Assembly (NCBI GenBank): GCA_965221905.1
Contig: OZ244922.1
Location: 2,848,001-2,912,000 of the forward strand
DNA: 64,000 nucleotides
Direction: 5' to 3'
Origin: Chloroflexota bacterium
GTDB taxonomy: Bacteria > Chloroflexota > UBA11872 > VXOZ01
A program made the position numbers and the translations under genes. The notes under the pieces were generated by a model. It did no database searches, was not told the origin of the DNA, and saw nothing but the letters and a program-made list of their open reading frames with translations. Below, in pieces: positions 9,063 to 17,841 of the stretch. Each line of letters starts with the position of its first letter. The first letter of the stretch is position 1.

Positions 9063-11456
9063 TTGGCGAATACCCTTGGCCACATCTTGCTGTGGTGGCT
9101 TGCGATACAGGCCATTTGCCTGGTAACGCTTCCCTTGACCTGGCTCCTCTTCCGCTTCATGCCCCTCGCCGGCTACCCGTTCGCGAAGACCTTCGGCCTC
9201 CTGCTCTTCGGCTTTGCCGGATGGTTCCTCATGTCGCTGCGCATACTGCCCAACACGTTGTGGGCACTGATCGTGGTGCTCGTTCTACTCGGCGCACTCT
9301 CGGCGTTCGTTGTGCGGCGGTTCCACTGGCGACTGGGCCCATGGCGGGAGGCAGTCGGGCATCAAATCTATGTTGTAGAAGTCCTCTTTCTGGTACTGCT
9401 TGGCGGCTATGCGCTGCTCCGTCAGTATGCGCCGGAAATCTTGGGAACCGAGAAATTCATGGACTTCATGATGCTGAATAGCATCCTCCAATCGTCATCC
9501 TTGCCCCCTCATGACGCCTGGGCCGGGGGGCTAACCATTAACTACTACTATTTCGGCTACCTCATGGTGGCATTTCTCACACGCCTCACCGGAATACCAA
9601 CTGCGATCACTTTCAATCTGGCCCTAGGGCTTTTCTTTGCACTCAGCGGACTTGGGGCCTACGGCATCGGGTACAGCTTGGTAAAGCGCTTTCAGGCTGC
9701 CGGAGGCATCACGGAGCCGCGCAGAGGGACGCTTACGGGTCTCTTTTCCGTGTTCTTGCTCCTCTTCATCGGCAATCTCTTCACAATCTGGAAAGCGCTG
9801 ACCGAACCTGAAGTATTGAGCCAAGGATTCTGGTTCGGCGTAGGCTGGAATGCCAGCCGCGTGGTCCAACGTGTCGAAGGGGAGACACTGCTTGACTACA
9901 CGATTAATGAGTTTCCAGCGTTCAGCTTCATCTTGGGCGACATGCACCCACACGTCATGGCGCTGCCATTCGCGCTCTTAGCGATCTTCACGGCGTACAC
10001 GTGGTACGCGCAACCGGATTACGAACGCCAGCCCCTATCATTCCCGCTTTCGCGGAAGTCTATCCTCGCGACGCTCGCCCTCCCGCATGTCAGTCGCGTC
10101 GTGCTCAGTTCGATCGTATTCGGCGGTCTCTACTTCTTGAATTCGTGGGACTTCCCCACGTACTTTCTCCTGTTTGCGATTTGCGTGTTGCTATCGCTGA
10201 AGATTCACGGCAATTTGGCACAGTGGAAGAACGCGCTGGTGTGGGTCGTAGCCACGGGTGTTTTGGCGCTGCTGCTCTTTGCCCCGTTCTACCTTACGTT
10301 CGACCCACCGACGCAGGGCATTGGACTTGTACCGTATCGCACAAACCTCGGCCAATTCTTCACCATGTACGGCATCTTCTTGGTGCCCTTGGGTGTTTTG
10401 CTGATAATTCTCAGCATACAAGCCTCGCTGCGCCATGTCGTTCCCGAAGTAGCTGATCAGACAACACAAAGCCGCGGACGAAAGGCGCGACAGAAACGGC
10501 GGCGCGCAGACGGAGGGCCTACCGTCCCCGCCGAGGAAGAGCCAAAACCCAAAGAACGCTGGGAAATCTATCGGCCCATTGCGCTCCTCATTCTTGGGTG
10601 GGTAGCGGTAACGGTGCTGCTTGCACGGTTCATTGATACGGCAGCCTTGGCGATCATCGCCTTGAGCGTTGTAGTCGGTCTGGCACTCCTATTGAGCTGG
10701 CGCGAGTATCAAGAGCCGCTCCCAATCATCTGTGTGGTGGTTGGGCTCGCCGCGCTGCTTGTGCTGATAAGTGATGTGATTTATGTAAAAGACTTCTATG
10801 GCCCGCCGAATATGCGCATGAATACGGTATTCAAACTCTACTTCCAGGTTTGGACGCTCTTGGCGCCGGTAATGGCCTTCGCCATCTACTACGCGATAAT
10901 CTGGCTGCGGGAGAGGCAGCGCCCGTTGAGCTGGGTGTTTCGCATTGCCACCATCCTGCTTGTACTCAGCGGACTCTACTATAGCCTCCTCACGGCACCC
11001 ATCTTTGCATCATTTCAGCGAGAGCCGCCGACACTCGACGGCACGAAGTACTATGCGCGCGACCATCCCGATGAAGTGGCAGCCATAGCCTGGTTGCAGG
11101 AAAATGCTCCGTCAGATAGCGTAGTTGTCGAGGCCATGGGGCAGGAGTACAGCCAATATAGCCGCGTTTCCGCGTTTACGGGCCTACAAACGGTCATGGG
11201 CTGGCGCCAGCATGAGAATTTTTGGCGTAACGACTTCAAACTGGTACTTGAGCGCGAAAACGATCTCCAACTGTTCTACGTGGCCGCCCCGAAGGAAGCT
11301 GCAATATTGGTGTTGCGGAAATACGATGCCGACTATATCTTTGTAGGTGACTGGGAGCGCAAGCTCTACGGCGAAGGAGTCGACAAATTGCTCAACTGGT
11401 TCCCCGTAGTCTATCAAAGCGGAAACGTGTTCGTACTAAAAGCCGATGTCAATTAA
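9063..11456 (+). CDS. DUF2298 / Chlor_Arch_YYY (TIGR03662-type) GT-C-like membrane protein
   Basis: EKFMD, INYYYFGY, INEFPAFSFILGDMHPH, NSWDFP, RMNTVFKLY; many TM segments; TTG start after AGGAG. Confidence 0.88.
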   Translation: MANTLGHILLWWLAIQAICLVTLPLTWLLFRFMPLAGYPFAKTFGLLLFGFAGWFLMSLRILPNTLWALIVVLVLLGALSAFVVRRFHWRLGPWREAVGHQIYVVEVLFLVLLGGYALLRQYAPEILGTEKFMDFMMLNSILQSSSLPPHDAWAGGLTINYYYFGYLMVAFLTRLTGIPTAITFNLALGLFFALSGLGAYGIGYSLVKRFQAAGGITEPRRGTLTGLFSVFLLLFIGNLFTIWKALTEPEVLSQGFWFGVGWNASRVVQRVEGETLLDYTINEFPAFSFILGDMHPHVMALPFALLAIFTAYTWYAQPDYERQPLSFPLSRKSILATLALPHVSRVVLSSIVFGGLYFLNSWDFPTYFLLFAICVLLSLKIHGNLAQWKNALVWVVATGVLALLLFAPFYLTFDPPTQGIGLVPYRTNLGQFFTMYGIFLVPLGVLLIILSIQASLRHVVPEVADQTTQSRGRKARQKRRRADGGPTVPAEEEPKPKERWEIYRPIALLILGWVAVTVLLARFIDTAALAIIALSVVVGLALLLSWREYQEPLPIICVVVGLAALLVLISDVIYVKDFYGPPNMRMNTVFKLYFQVWTLLAPVMAFAIYYAIIWLRERQRPLSWVFRIATILLVLSGLYYSLLTAPIFASFQREPPTLDGTKYYARDHPDEVAAIAWLQENAPSDSVVVEAMGQEYSQYSRVSAFTGLQTVMGWRQHENFWRNDFKLVLERENDLQLFYVAAPKEAAILVLRKYDADYIFVGDWERKLYGEGVDKLLNWFPVVYQSGNVFVLKADVN

Positions 11457-13206
11457 TAAAACTACAAAATCCGGGAAACAGCCGCGGTCCGGCAAGTCTC
11501 GGTCATATAAACCGGCTCAACCCCCAGAAGAGCCGGTAACTGCCGATTGGCCTGCCATAGCAGGCTGGCTACGGACGGAAACGCCCTTCGGACTGAGCCG
11601 CTGGCAGGTACTTGTATTCCTTGCGGTGATGGTCTTTGTAATCTTCACGCGATTCTGGGATCTCGGCACCCGCGCGCTGCATCACGACGAAAGCATGCAC
11701 GCTCGATTCGCGTGGGACATCTACCGCTCGTTCAATTATCGGTACAACCCGGTGTTACACGGACCGTTCCAGTTCTATCTCACCGCGTTCATGTTCTTTC
11801 TCTTTGGCGTTAGCGACGCGGTTGCTCGCTTTGGGCCTGCGCTCTTCGGTGTGCTCTCCGTGCTGCTGGCCTATCCTCTCAAGCCCTACCTTGGGAGAGG
11901 CGGCATGGTGCTGGCGGCAGTGCTGTTGGCAATTTCCCCGCCATTGCTCTACTTCTCACGCTTTGCGCGCAACGACATCTACGTCGTAGCCTGGACGATG
12001 CTCATTTTGCTGGCTCTCTTCGGCTGGCTGCACACGAGACAACGCTGGTACATCTACCTGGGAGCGAGCGCCGTGGCGCTCTCCTTGGCCTCCAAGGAGA
12101 ATACCTACATTACGCTGGTGATAATTGGGTCTTTCATTGTGTTCCGCTTCTTGCAGGAGCAGTTCACACCCGGGCTGGCGGGACGACTGCCCAGCCATGA
12201 GTCGGTGAAGAGCGCGCTTGCCGGTCTGTGGCGCGACCGCGGGCTCCTCTTGGCGGGAATTGTGACGTTTCTCTTGATCTTCGTCACCTTCTTCACCGCC
12301 TTCTATACGTATCCCCAAGACTTTGCCAGCGGCGTAGTCAAGGCGCTTGAGTATTGGCTGGCACAGCAGGACGTCAATCGCGGGAATCAGCCAATTTGGT
12401 ACTACTTCATGCAAGTGCCGCTCTACGAGTTGATTGTGGCAGTGTTTGCGCTCCCGGCACTGTGGCGTCTCGCGCGCCGCGGCAGCTTGACGGATCGCTT
12501 TCTCTGTTACTGGTTTGTGGGAGCAGTAGTGCTCTATTCAGTAGCCGGGGAACGCATGCCGTGGCTCGTGCTGCACCTCTCTCTGCCCGGCATTCTTTTG
12601 GTCTCGCGCTACCTGGGGCAGCAGTTTTCCGAGCCCAGTGGTTTCCGCCGGCATCGCATTGCGCTCACGCTTTGCCTTCTGATCGGCGTTTATGCGCTGC
12701 ACACCGGCTTGCCGCTGGCTTTTTCCCATGGCGACACACCGCGCGACTTGCTGGTCTACGTTCAGACGACACCGGACGTACCCTATGTGGCAAGTCAGAT
12801 CGAGCAAATATCCCGGAAACTCTTAAACAGCACAGAAATCGTAGGCATCATAGACAATGAGAATTCCTGGCCGTTCTATTGGTATCTCCGCGACTACACG
12901 ATGATAGCGTACATACCTGCCATCGGCGATCCCGGTGAGGCGGCATTTGTAATAGTGACCGCAAGCGAGGTTGAAAACGCCCGCGAACACCTCAGCAACT
13001 ACGTGCCGTTTCGCTACAGGCTGCGGTGGTGGTTCCCCGAGCAACTGTACCGAGAGTTGCGCCCGACATTCGTGCTCGACTTCATCACCAATTCCCAGAC
13101 ACGCAGCAACTTCACGGCATGGCTCGTGAGCCGCGAAATGCCGAAACCCATCGGCTCGCAGGATTTCTACTTCTTCGTGCGGGGCGATCTCATACAGCTA
13201 CTCTAG
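11446..13206 (+). CDS. TIGR03663 family (Agl23-like) GT-C/PMT-like membrane protein
   Basis: LHHDESMHA, YNPVLHGPF, YFSRFARND, SKEN, ERMPWL, LVYVQT, WPFYWYLR; overlaps the upstream stop. Confidence 0.88.
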   Translation: MSINKTTKSGKQPRSGKSRSYKPAQPPEEPVTADWPAIAGWLRTETPFGLSRWQVLVFLAVMVFVIFTRFWDLGTRALHHDESMHARFAWDIYRSFNYRYNPVLHGPFQFYLTAFMFFLFGVSDAVARFGPALFGVLSVLLAYPLKPYLGRGGMVLAAVLLAISPPLLYFSRFARNDIYVVAWTMLILLALFGWLHTRQRWYIYLGASAVALSLASKENTYITLVIIGSFIVFRFLQEQFTPGLAGRLPSHESVKSALAGLWRDRGLLLAGIVTFLLIFVTFFTAFYTYPQDFASGVVKALEYWLAQQDVNRGNQPIWYYFMQVPLYELIVAVFALPALWRLARRGSLTDRFLCYWFVGAVVLYSVAGERMPWLVLHLSLPGILLVSRYLGQQFSEPSGFRRHRIALTLCLLIGVYALHTGLPLAFSHGDTPRDLLVYVQTTPDVPYVASQIEQISRKLLNSTEIVGIIDNENSWPFYWYLRDYTMIAYIPAIGDPGEAAFVIVTASEVENAREHLSNYVPFRYRLRWWFPEQLYRELRPTFVLDFITNSQTRSNFTAWLVSREMPKPIGSQDFYFFVRGDLIQLL

Positions 13207-13242
13207 CCATACGCCTAGAGTCTTGTTCGCTCCGACAGTCAG

Positions 13243-13824
13243 CTAGGTCCCGTCCGTCGGTTCAGTCACGCTGTCGGTGTCGCGCGCGCTGAGAATAAAG
13301 CGGAAGGACACTGCCGTCGAGCCGCCGAGCACGAGTGCACCCAAAATCGCGCCGACAATGGGCACGAGAATAGCGAGAAGACCGGCGATTAACGCGACGC
13401 TATCAAGCGTGAGGCTGACCAGAAAGTACCCCATTCCAGCCATACTTTCGGCAAGCTGGCGGCGCAGGCGGATACGGAAGTAGTGACTGCAAAACGCTAT
13501 TGCGACTGCCACGCCAACCCAAAGCCACACATCGGCACTCGCGGTTCCGAGGAGACTAAGCACGATCACGATTGCGCAGAGCGGTCGCGCGACTGCACTC
13601 GTCATTGCCTCCACACGCCCCCAGCGCGGGTGCTTGTCGACAAACACTTGCGCACCGGCGAACACAAAGATTACGCCAATTGCTGCGGTATGGGATAGAA
13701 ACGTGAATGGAGACTGCAGCGAGAGCGCGACGTTATCGGAACGAGCCAGCACCGCTAGGAGAAACAGAGCGGCGTATGGGTTTTGCCCGGCAGCGAGTGT
13801 GAGGCCGAGTACGGTCCAGGACAT
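13243..13824 (-). CDS. DUF4126-like membrane protein
   Basis: GLTLAAGQNPYAALFL, VDKHP, ARPLCA; hydrophobic; starts 5 nt after the coaE stop. Confidence 0.65.
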   Translation of the reverse strand: MSWTVLGLTLAAGQNPYAALFLLAVLARSDNVALSLQSPFTFLSHTAAIGVIFVFAGAQVFVDKHPRWGRVEAMTSAVARPLCAIVIVLSLLGTASADVWLWVGVAVAIAFCSHYFRIRLRRQLAESMAGMGYFLVSLTLDSVALIAGLLAILVPIVGAILGALVLGGSTAVSFRFILSARDTDSVTEPTDGT

Positions 13825-13828
13825 TCTG

Positions 13829-14503
13829 CTAAGACTCCTTGGTATCACGCAATGCCGTTTGCGTGTTCTTCCACGATCTGTGCACGTTCTTTCGCAGTTG
13901 CGCCAGACCTCCCGTGTTTTCAATCGAAAACACAGGCACACACTCGCCGCGCTTTCGCCGCAAGTGCGCGATCTTTTCCTCCGGCGACGCCTGCGCTTCT
14001 ATACGGCGTTGCGCCTCGCTGCGCGACATCCCTTTGGCGCAAAGACGCGCTCGTTGCAATTCAGGCGTAGCCACTACGATCCAGACGGCGTCCAACAATC
14101 CCACAAGGTCGCTCTCTATGAGCTTGATGGCCTCAATGGCGCAAGGCGTATGTTGCGACGTGCGGTCAAGTGACTTTTCAACTACAGCGACTACTGCCGG
14201 ATGCACAATCGTCTCAAGTTTGCCCAATGCCACGGCGTCGTCGAATACTATTCTCCCCAACGCAGTGCGATCGAGCACACCGTCAGGCGCAACTATCGCC
14301 CTCCCAAACACCGCTACGACGGCCTTTACGAGAGAACCGCTCGAATCGGCATAGAGATCATGCACGACCCTATCGGCATCTATCACGTGCACGCCTTGCT
14401 CGGCAAGGATCTTTGTGATGGTACTCTTGCCGGCACCGATATTGCCCGTAATGCCTAACACGGGCGCCTGCCGCCTGCCTGCACGTTGCAGGCCGTCTGA
14501 CAT
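13829..14503 (-). CDS. coaE: Dephospho-CoA kinase
   Basis: GITGNIGAGKST P-loop, IDADRVVH, LDRTALGRIVF, LETIVHPAV. Confidence 0.93.
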   Translation of the reverse strand: MSDGLQRAGRRQAPVLGITGNIGAGKSTITKILAEQGVHVIDADRVVHDLYADSSGSLVKAVVAVFGRAIVAPDGVLDRTALGRIVFDDAVALGKLETIVHPAVVAVVEKSLDRTSQHTPCAIEAIKLIESDLVGLLDAVWIVVATPELQRARLCAKGMSRSEAQRRIEAQASPEEKIAHLRRKRGECVPVFSIENTGGLAQLRKNVHRSWKNTQTALRDTKES

Positions 14504-14682
14504 TGCATTGTCCTCCTAAATCACAATTCGGAGTTAGTAGTTTTGGGCTTAGATGGGTCACATGCAAGACACCTGGCCGTACCCAGGCCTAAGCCATATC
14601 CTCAAACTGTCATTCTGAGGAGCCCTTCGGCAGGCTCAGGATAAACTCCGCGACGAAGAATCTAGAGTCGGGAGCATTCTAG

Positions 14683-15868
14683 GAAAGGTCTGAGCAAGTC
14701 GGGATATGCATCGGTTTATGGGTATGTGCGGGATTGTGGGGTGGTTTGAGGTGTGTCTTGGCATGTGGGAGGGGCTGTTTTGGCTTTGATGCGGTCCCGT
14801 TGGAAGCGCAATACGCTCCTGGCCGTGTTTTGGGCGCACTGCTCCCGTGTCATGTTGCCAACTGGCGTGCGGCCGTCATCACATTGGTCAGCCCCAGCAG
14901 CAACGCCAGCCGTTGCCTGTTCTTGGACAGACCCCGGTAGCGCACCGTGGCGTAGCCGAAGTGCCGCTTCACCCACAGGAACGGATGCTCTACTTTGGCC
15001 CTAACCGATGCTTTGCGCTGCTCTGCCAGCGCCGCCGCGCTCTCAGGCGCCAGTTTCCGCCGCAGCCCCGGCTTGAGCGCCACCTGCCACGCTACGGCGC
15101 GCCCCTGATGCTCCGGTCGCTTCTGCACCCCCACGTACCCGGCGTCTCCCCACACCTGCTGCTCTGCGCCGTGCAGCAACGCCGCCGCTTGCGTTACGTC
15201 GTGCACGTTGGCCGATGTGGTGGTGAAGCTATGCACGAGCCCCGTCTGTGCGTCGACGCCGATGTGCAGCTTCATCCCAAAGTAATACTGGTTCCCCTTC
15301 TTCACCTGCCGCATCGCCGGGTCTCGCTCCCCCTCTCGGTTCTTCGTCGATGTCGGCGCCGCGATGATGGTCGCGTCCACTACCGTCCCCGCTCGCAGCC
15401 GCAAGCCCCGACCTGCCAAATGCGCGTTGATCTCCGCCAACAACCCCTCTCCTAACCGGTGCTTCTCCAGCAAATGCCGAAAGTGCAGAATAGTCGTCTC
15501 GTCCGGCAGCGCCTCTGACAGCCGCAGCCCCACGAACCGCCGCACCGGTTCTACCTCGTACAGCATGTCCTCCATCCCAGGATCGCTCAGGTTGTAGAAC
15601 AACTGCACGCAGTGTATCCGCAGCATTACCGACAAGGGATACGGCCGCCGCCCCCGCCCTGGCTTGGGATAGTACGGCGCAATGCGCGCCTCCATCTCCG
15701 CCCACGGGAGCAGCGCGTCCATCCGCTCCAAGAACTTCTCCCGGCGCGTCTTGCGCTTCTTCTGCGCGTACTCCAAGTCGGCAAACGTCGGTTGCTCCAT
15801 TACCCAGCTCCTCACCGTATCCTGCTTTCTTGCTATGATACTATGCCAGGGACTTGTTCAGAGTTTTC
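14683..15868 (-). mobile_element. IS5-family (IS5 subgroup) insertion sequence, 1186 bp
   Basis: IRs GAAAGGTCTGAGCAAGTC / GACTTGTTCAGAGTTTTC; CTAG target duplication at 14679-14682 and 15869-15872. Confidence 0.93.
14850..15800 (-). CDS. IS5 family DDE transposase
   Basis: TRREKFLERMD, LPDETTILHFRHLLE, VDATII, FGMKLHIGVD, WGDAGY, RAKVEHPF; GAGGAG before ATG 15800; intact frame. Confidence 0.95.
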   Translation of the reverse strand: MEQPTFADLEYAQKKRKTRREKFLERMDALLPWAEMEARIAPYYPKPGRGRRPYPLSVMLRIHCVQLFYNLSDPGMEDMLYEVEPVRRFVGLRLSEALPDETTILHFRHLLEKHRLGEGLLAEINAHLAGRGLRLRAGTVVDATIIAAPTSTKNREGERDPAMRQVKKGNQYYFGMKLHIGVDAQTGLVHSFTTTSANVHDVTQAAALLHGAEQQVWGDAGYVGVQKRPEHQGRAVAWQVALKPGLRRKLAPESAAALAEQRKASVRAKVEHPFLWVKRHFGYATVRYRGLSKNRQRLALLLGLTNVMTAARQLAT

Positions 15869-15907
15869 CTAGAATCCGCGAACCCTGTTCGACGCTGCGC
15901 TCGGAAT

Positions 15908-16201
15908 TGTAAGAGTTGACTAATTCGTTGACAGTTTCATCAGTCCAATTGAATCCATGACAAGTAGAAGACGTTCAACTCCGTCATTCCGGCGCAAGCC
16001 GGAATCCATCTTCGCTGCACCCCCTGGACTCCGGCTTTCGCCGGAGTGACTATTCTCGTGCCGTCTGCGCTATTAGTCTTTGATGCATGAGCTGTCATTG
16101 CTCGTGATGCAGCAACCCAATGTGTATGGCAGCCGATACGGGGGCATCATCTCTTGTTGATTCATATTCCCATTCTGTCAACGAAATACCTGACACTTAC
16201 A
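15908..16201. mobile_element. MITE-B, 294 bp, TGT...ACA ends
   Basis: 27-bp imperfect IRs TGTAAGAGTTGACTAATTCGTTGACAG / CTGTCAACGAAATACCTGACACTTACA; GGAAT duplicated at 15903-15907 and 16202-16206; absent from the 59.6 kb copy. Confidence 0.8.
15983..16050. repeat. Inverted REP doublet (GTCATTCC type) inside MITE-B
   Basis: GTCATTCCGGCGCAAGCCGGAATCCA ... TGGACTCCGGCTTTCGCCGGAGTGAC. Confidence 0.8.
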
Positions 16202-16306
16202 GGAATGACAAGAACCGCTGCCTTGCAAAGGCTTCAAGCTTAGGTCTACTAATTCCGTCACAATTTCCAACCGGCCACGCGCCACGGCTCTTCTCTTCCG
16301 GCAACG

Positions 16307-17644
16307 CTAGCAGCGACCAAAGAGCGCCAGGGTCTCAATATGATATGTCTGCGGGAAGAAATCAAGAAGCTCCAATCGTTCTGCCCGATATCCCTCTTCG
16401 TGCAAGAGTGCCGCATCTCGCGCGAGAGTGGACGGCTCACAAGAGAGGTAGATTATCCGGCTGGGTGCGCTGCCGGCCACAGCGCGGAGTACACGCGGGT
16501 CCAGGCCGGTGCGCGGAGGGTCTACAACGGCGACGTCCACCTGCGGCAAGTCCTCTGTTACCTTCTCAGCAGGCAAATCCAAGAATTCGATATTCTGCAG
16601 ACCCCATTGCGCCGCTGTCTCTCGCGCCGCTGCAATGGCCTGCTTATCCAATTCAATGCCGATCACGCGCCGCGCATCCTCCGCCATGAAGAGTCCGAAT
16701 ATTCCTACGCCGCAATAGAGATCGAGCACGGATTCATCGGCCTGAATTGCCGCCAGCGCGCGCATGCGTGAAATGGCAGTCGGCAACATCTCCACACTCG
16801 CTTGAAAGAATGCACCGGGCGGAAACTGAATTGTCTTACCCATAATCTCCACATCTACTATGGACTGTCCAGCATAGGGCTCCACCGCACCGCTTGGCTT
16901 ACGGTAGGAGACGCTCATAGCCTCTGGGATGGTAGTAAGAGCGTCCAGCACAGCGCGCAACTCGGGTTCCGCAGCCAAGTCTACGTTGCGCACGCCTTCC
17001 AGTATCAGAACCAGCTTTGCGGTATCACCTTGCGGAATGACCCGCGTCTCCACCCAGTTCTTTCCCCACAAGTCTGGGATCCTGCCGTCACGAATCATGT
17101 CGTTTAGGGTTGCCAGCAACTTGGATATGAGCGGATGACTGATATCACAGTGCTCGACCGCGACAACACGACGGCTGCCGCGCTGCCGAAAACCCGCCAC
17201 ACGCGATAGGGCAATTTCACAGCCGTAGCGGTACTCCCAGGGCGAACAAGGCGTATGCACAGCGTCGATGACAACCGGCTGCTTGCCAATCCGCGCAAAT
17301 TGATCTTCGACAATCTGCTGCTTGAGGCGCACTTGTGACGCATAGTCCATGTGCTGCCACTGGCAGCCGCCGCACGCGCCATAGTAGGTGCACTGCGGCT
17401 TGATCCGATCCGGTGAAGCCTCTAGCACCTTTACCACGTGCCCCTGCAGGAATTTCTTGCGCTTACGTTCTAGTTGGACTTTTACGCGCTCGCCAGGTAT
17501 GCCGTAGAAAGCAAAGACCACCTGCCCATCGAGACGACCGACGGCCGGCCCACGATGCGCCATATCGGTCAGCGTCACTTCTACCGGATCGCTTTCCCGC
17601 AGCTTGCGACGGCGACTCATAGCCATAGGAAACTCACGCGCCAT
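16307..17644 (-). CDS. rlmD: 23S rRNA m5U methyltransferase (TRAM domain + Fe-S cluster)
   Basis: CTYYGACGGCQ, AFFQ, LDLYCGVG, VDPPRTG, YLSC, FFPQTYHIE. Confidence 0.9.
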   Translation of the reverse strand: MAREFPMAMSRRRKLRESDPVEVTLTDMAHRGPAVGRLDGQVVFAFYGIPGERVKVQLERKRKKFLQGHVVKVLEASPDRIKPQCTYYGACGGCQWQHMDYASQVRLKQQIVEDQFARIGKQPVVIDAVHTPCSPWEYRYGCEIALSRVAGFRQRGSRRVVAVEHCDISHPLISKLLATLNDMIRDGRIPDLWGKNWVETRVIPQGDTAKLVLILEGVRNVDLAAEPELRAVLDALTTIPEAMSVSYRKPSGAVEPYAGQSIVDVEIMGKTIQFPPGAFFQASVEMLPTAISRMRALAAIQADESVLDLYCGVGIFGLFMAEDARRVIGIELDKQAIAAARETAAQWGLQNIEFLDLPAEKVTEDLPQVDVAVVDPPRTGLDPRVLRAVAGSAPSRIIYLSCEPSTLARDAALLHEEGYRAERLELLDFFPQTYHIETLALFGRC

Positions 17645-17841
17645 GTCCTTTGTTTCTCACGTACCCTCCGCACGCTTCTCTACCCGAGGCGCGTAGAATG
17701 TACGCGCATTCGCTCGCTTGGAATTTTCAGCGTAGACACATCCTGCTCAGCCGCTCTTGTGAACGCGCTTTCGGAGGTTAGATGCCAAGACCCGAAATAC
17801 ACATGATTTGCCGCACGGCTTGACGTGCATGCGGTCCCAGG

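Larger units (their letters stand above)
14529..16257. mobile_element. MITE-A copy 1, interrupted by IS5 and MITE-B
   Basis: Terminal IRs CGGAGTTAGTAG / CTACTAATTCCG; 8-bp direct repeat TCACAATT at 14521-14528 and 16258-16265; both arms match 59571-59836 in reverse complement. Confidence 0.85.
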
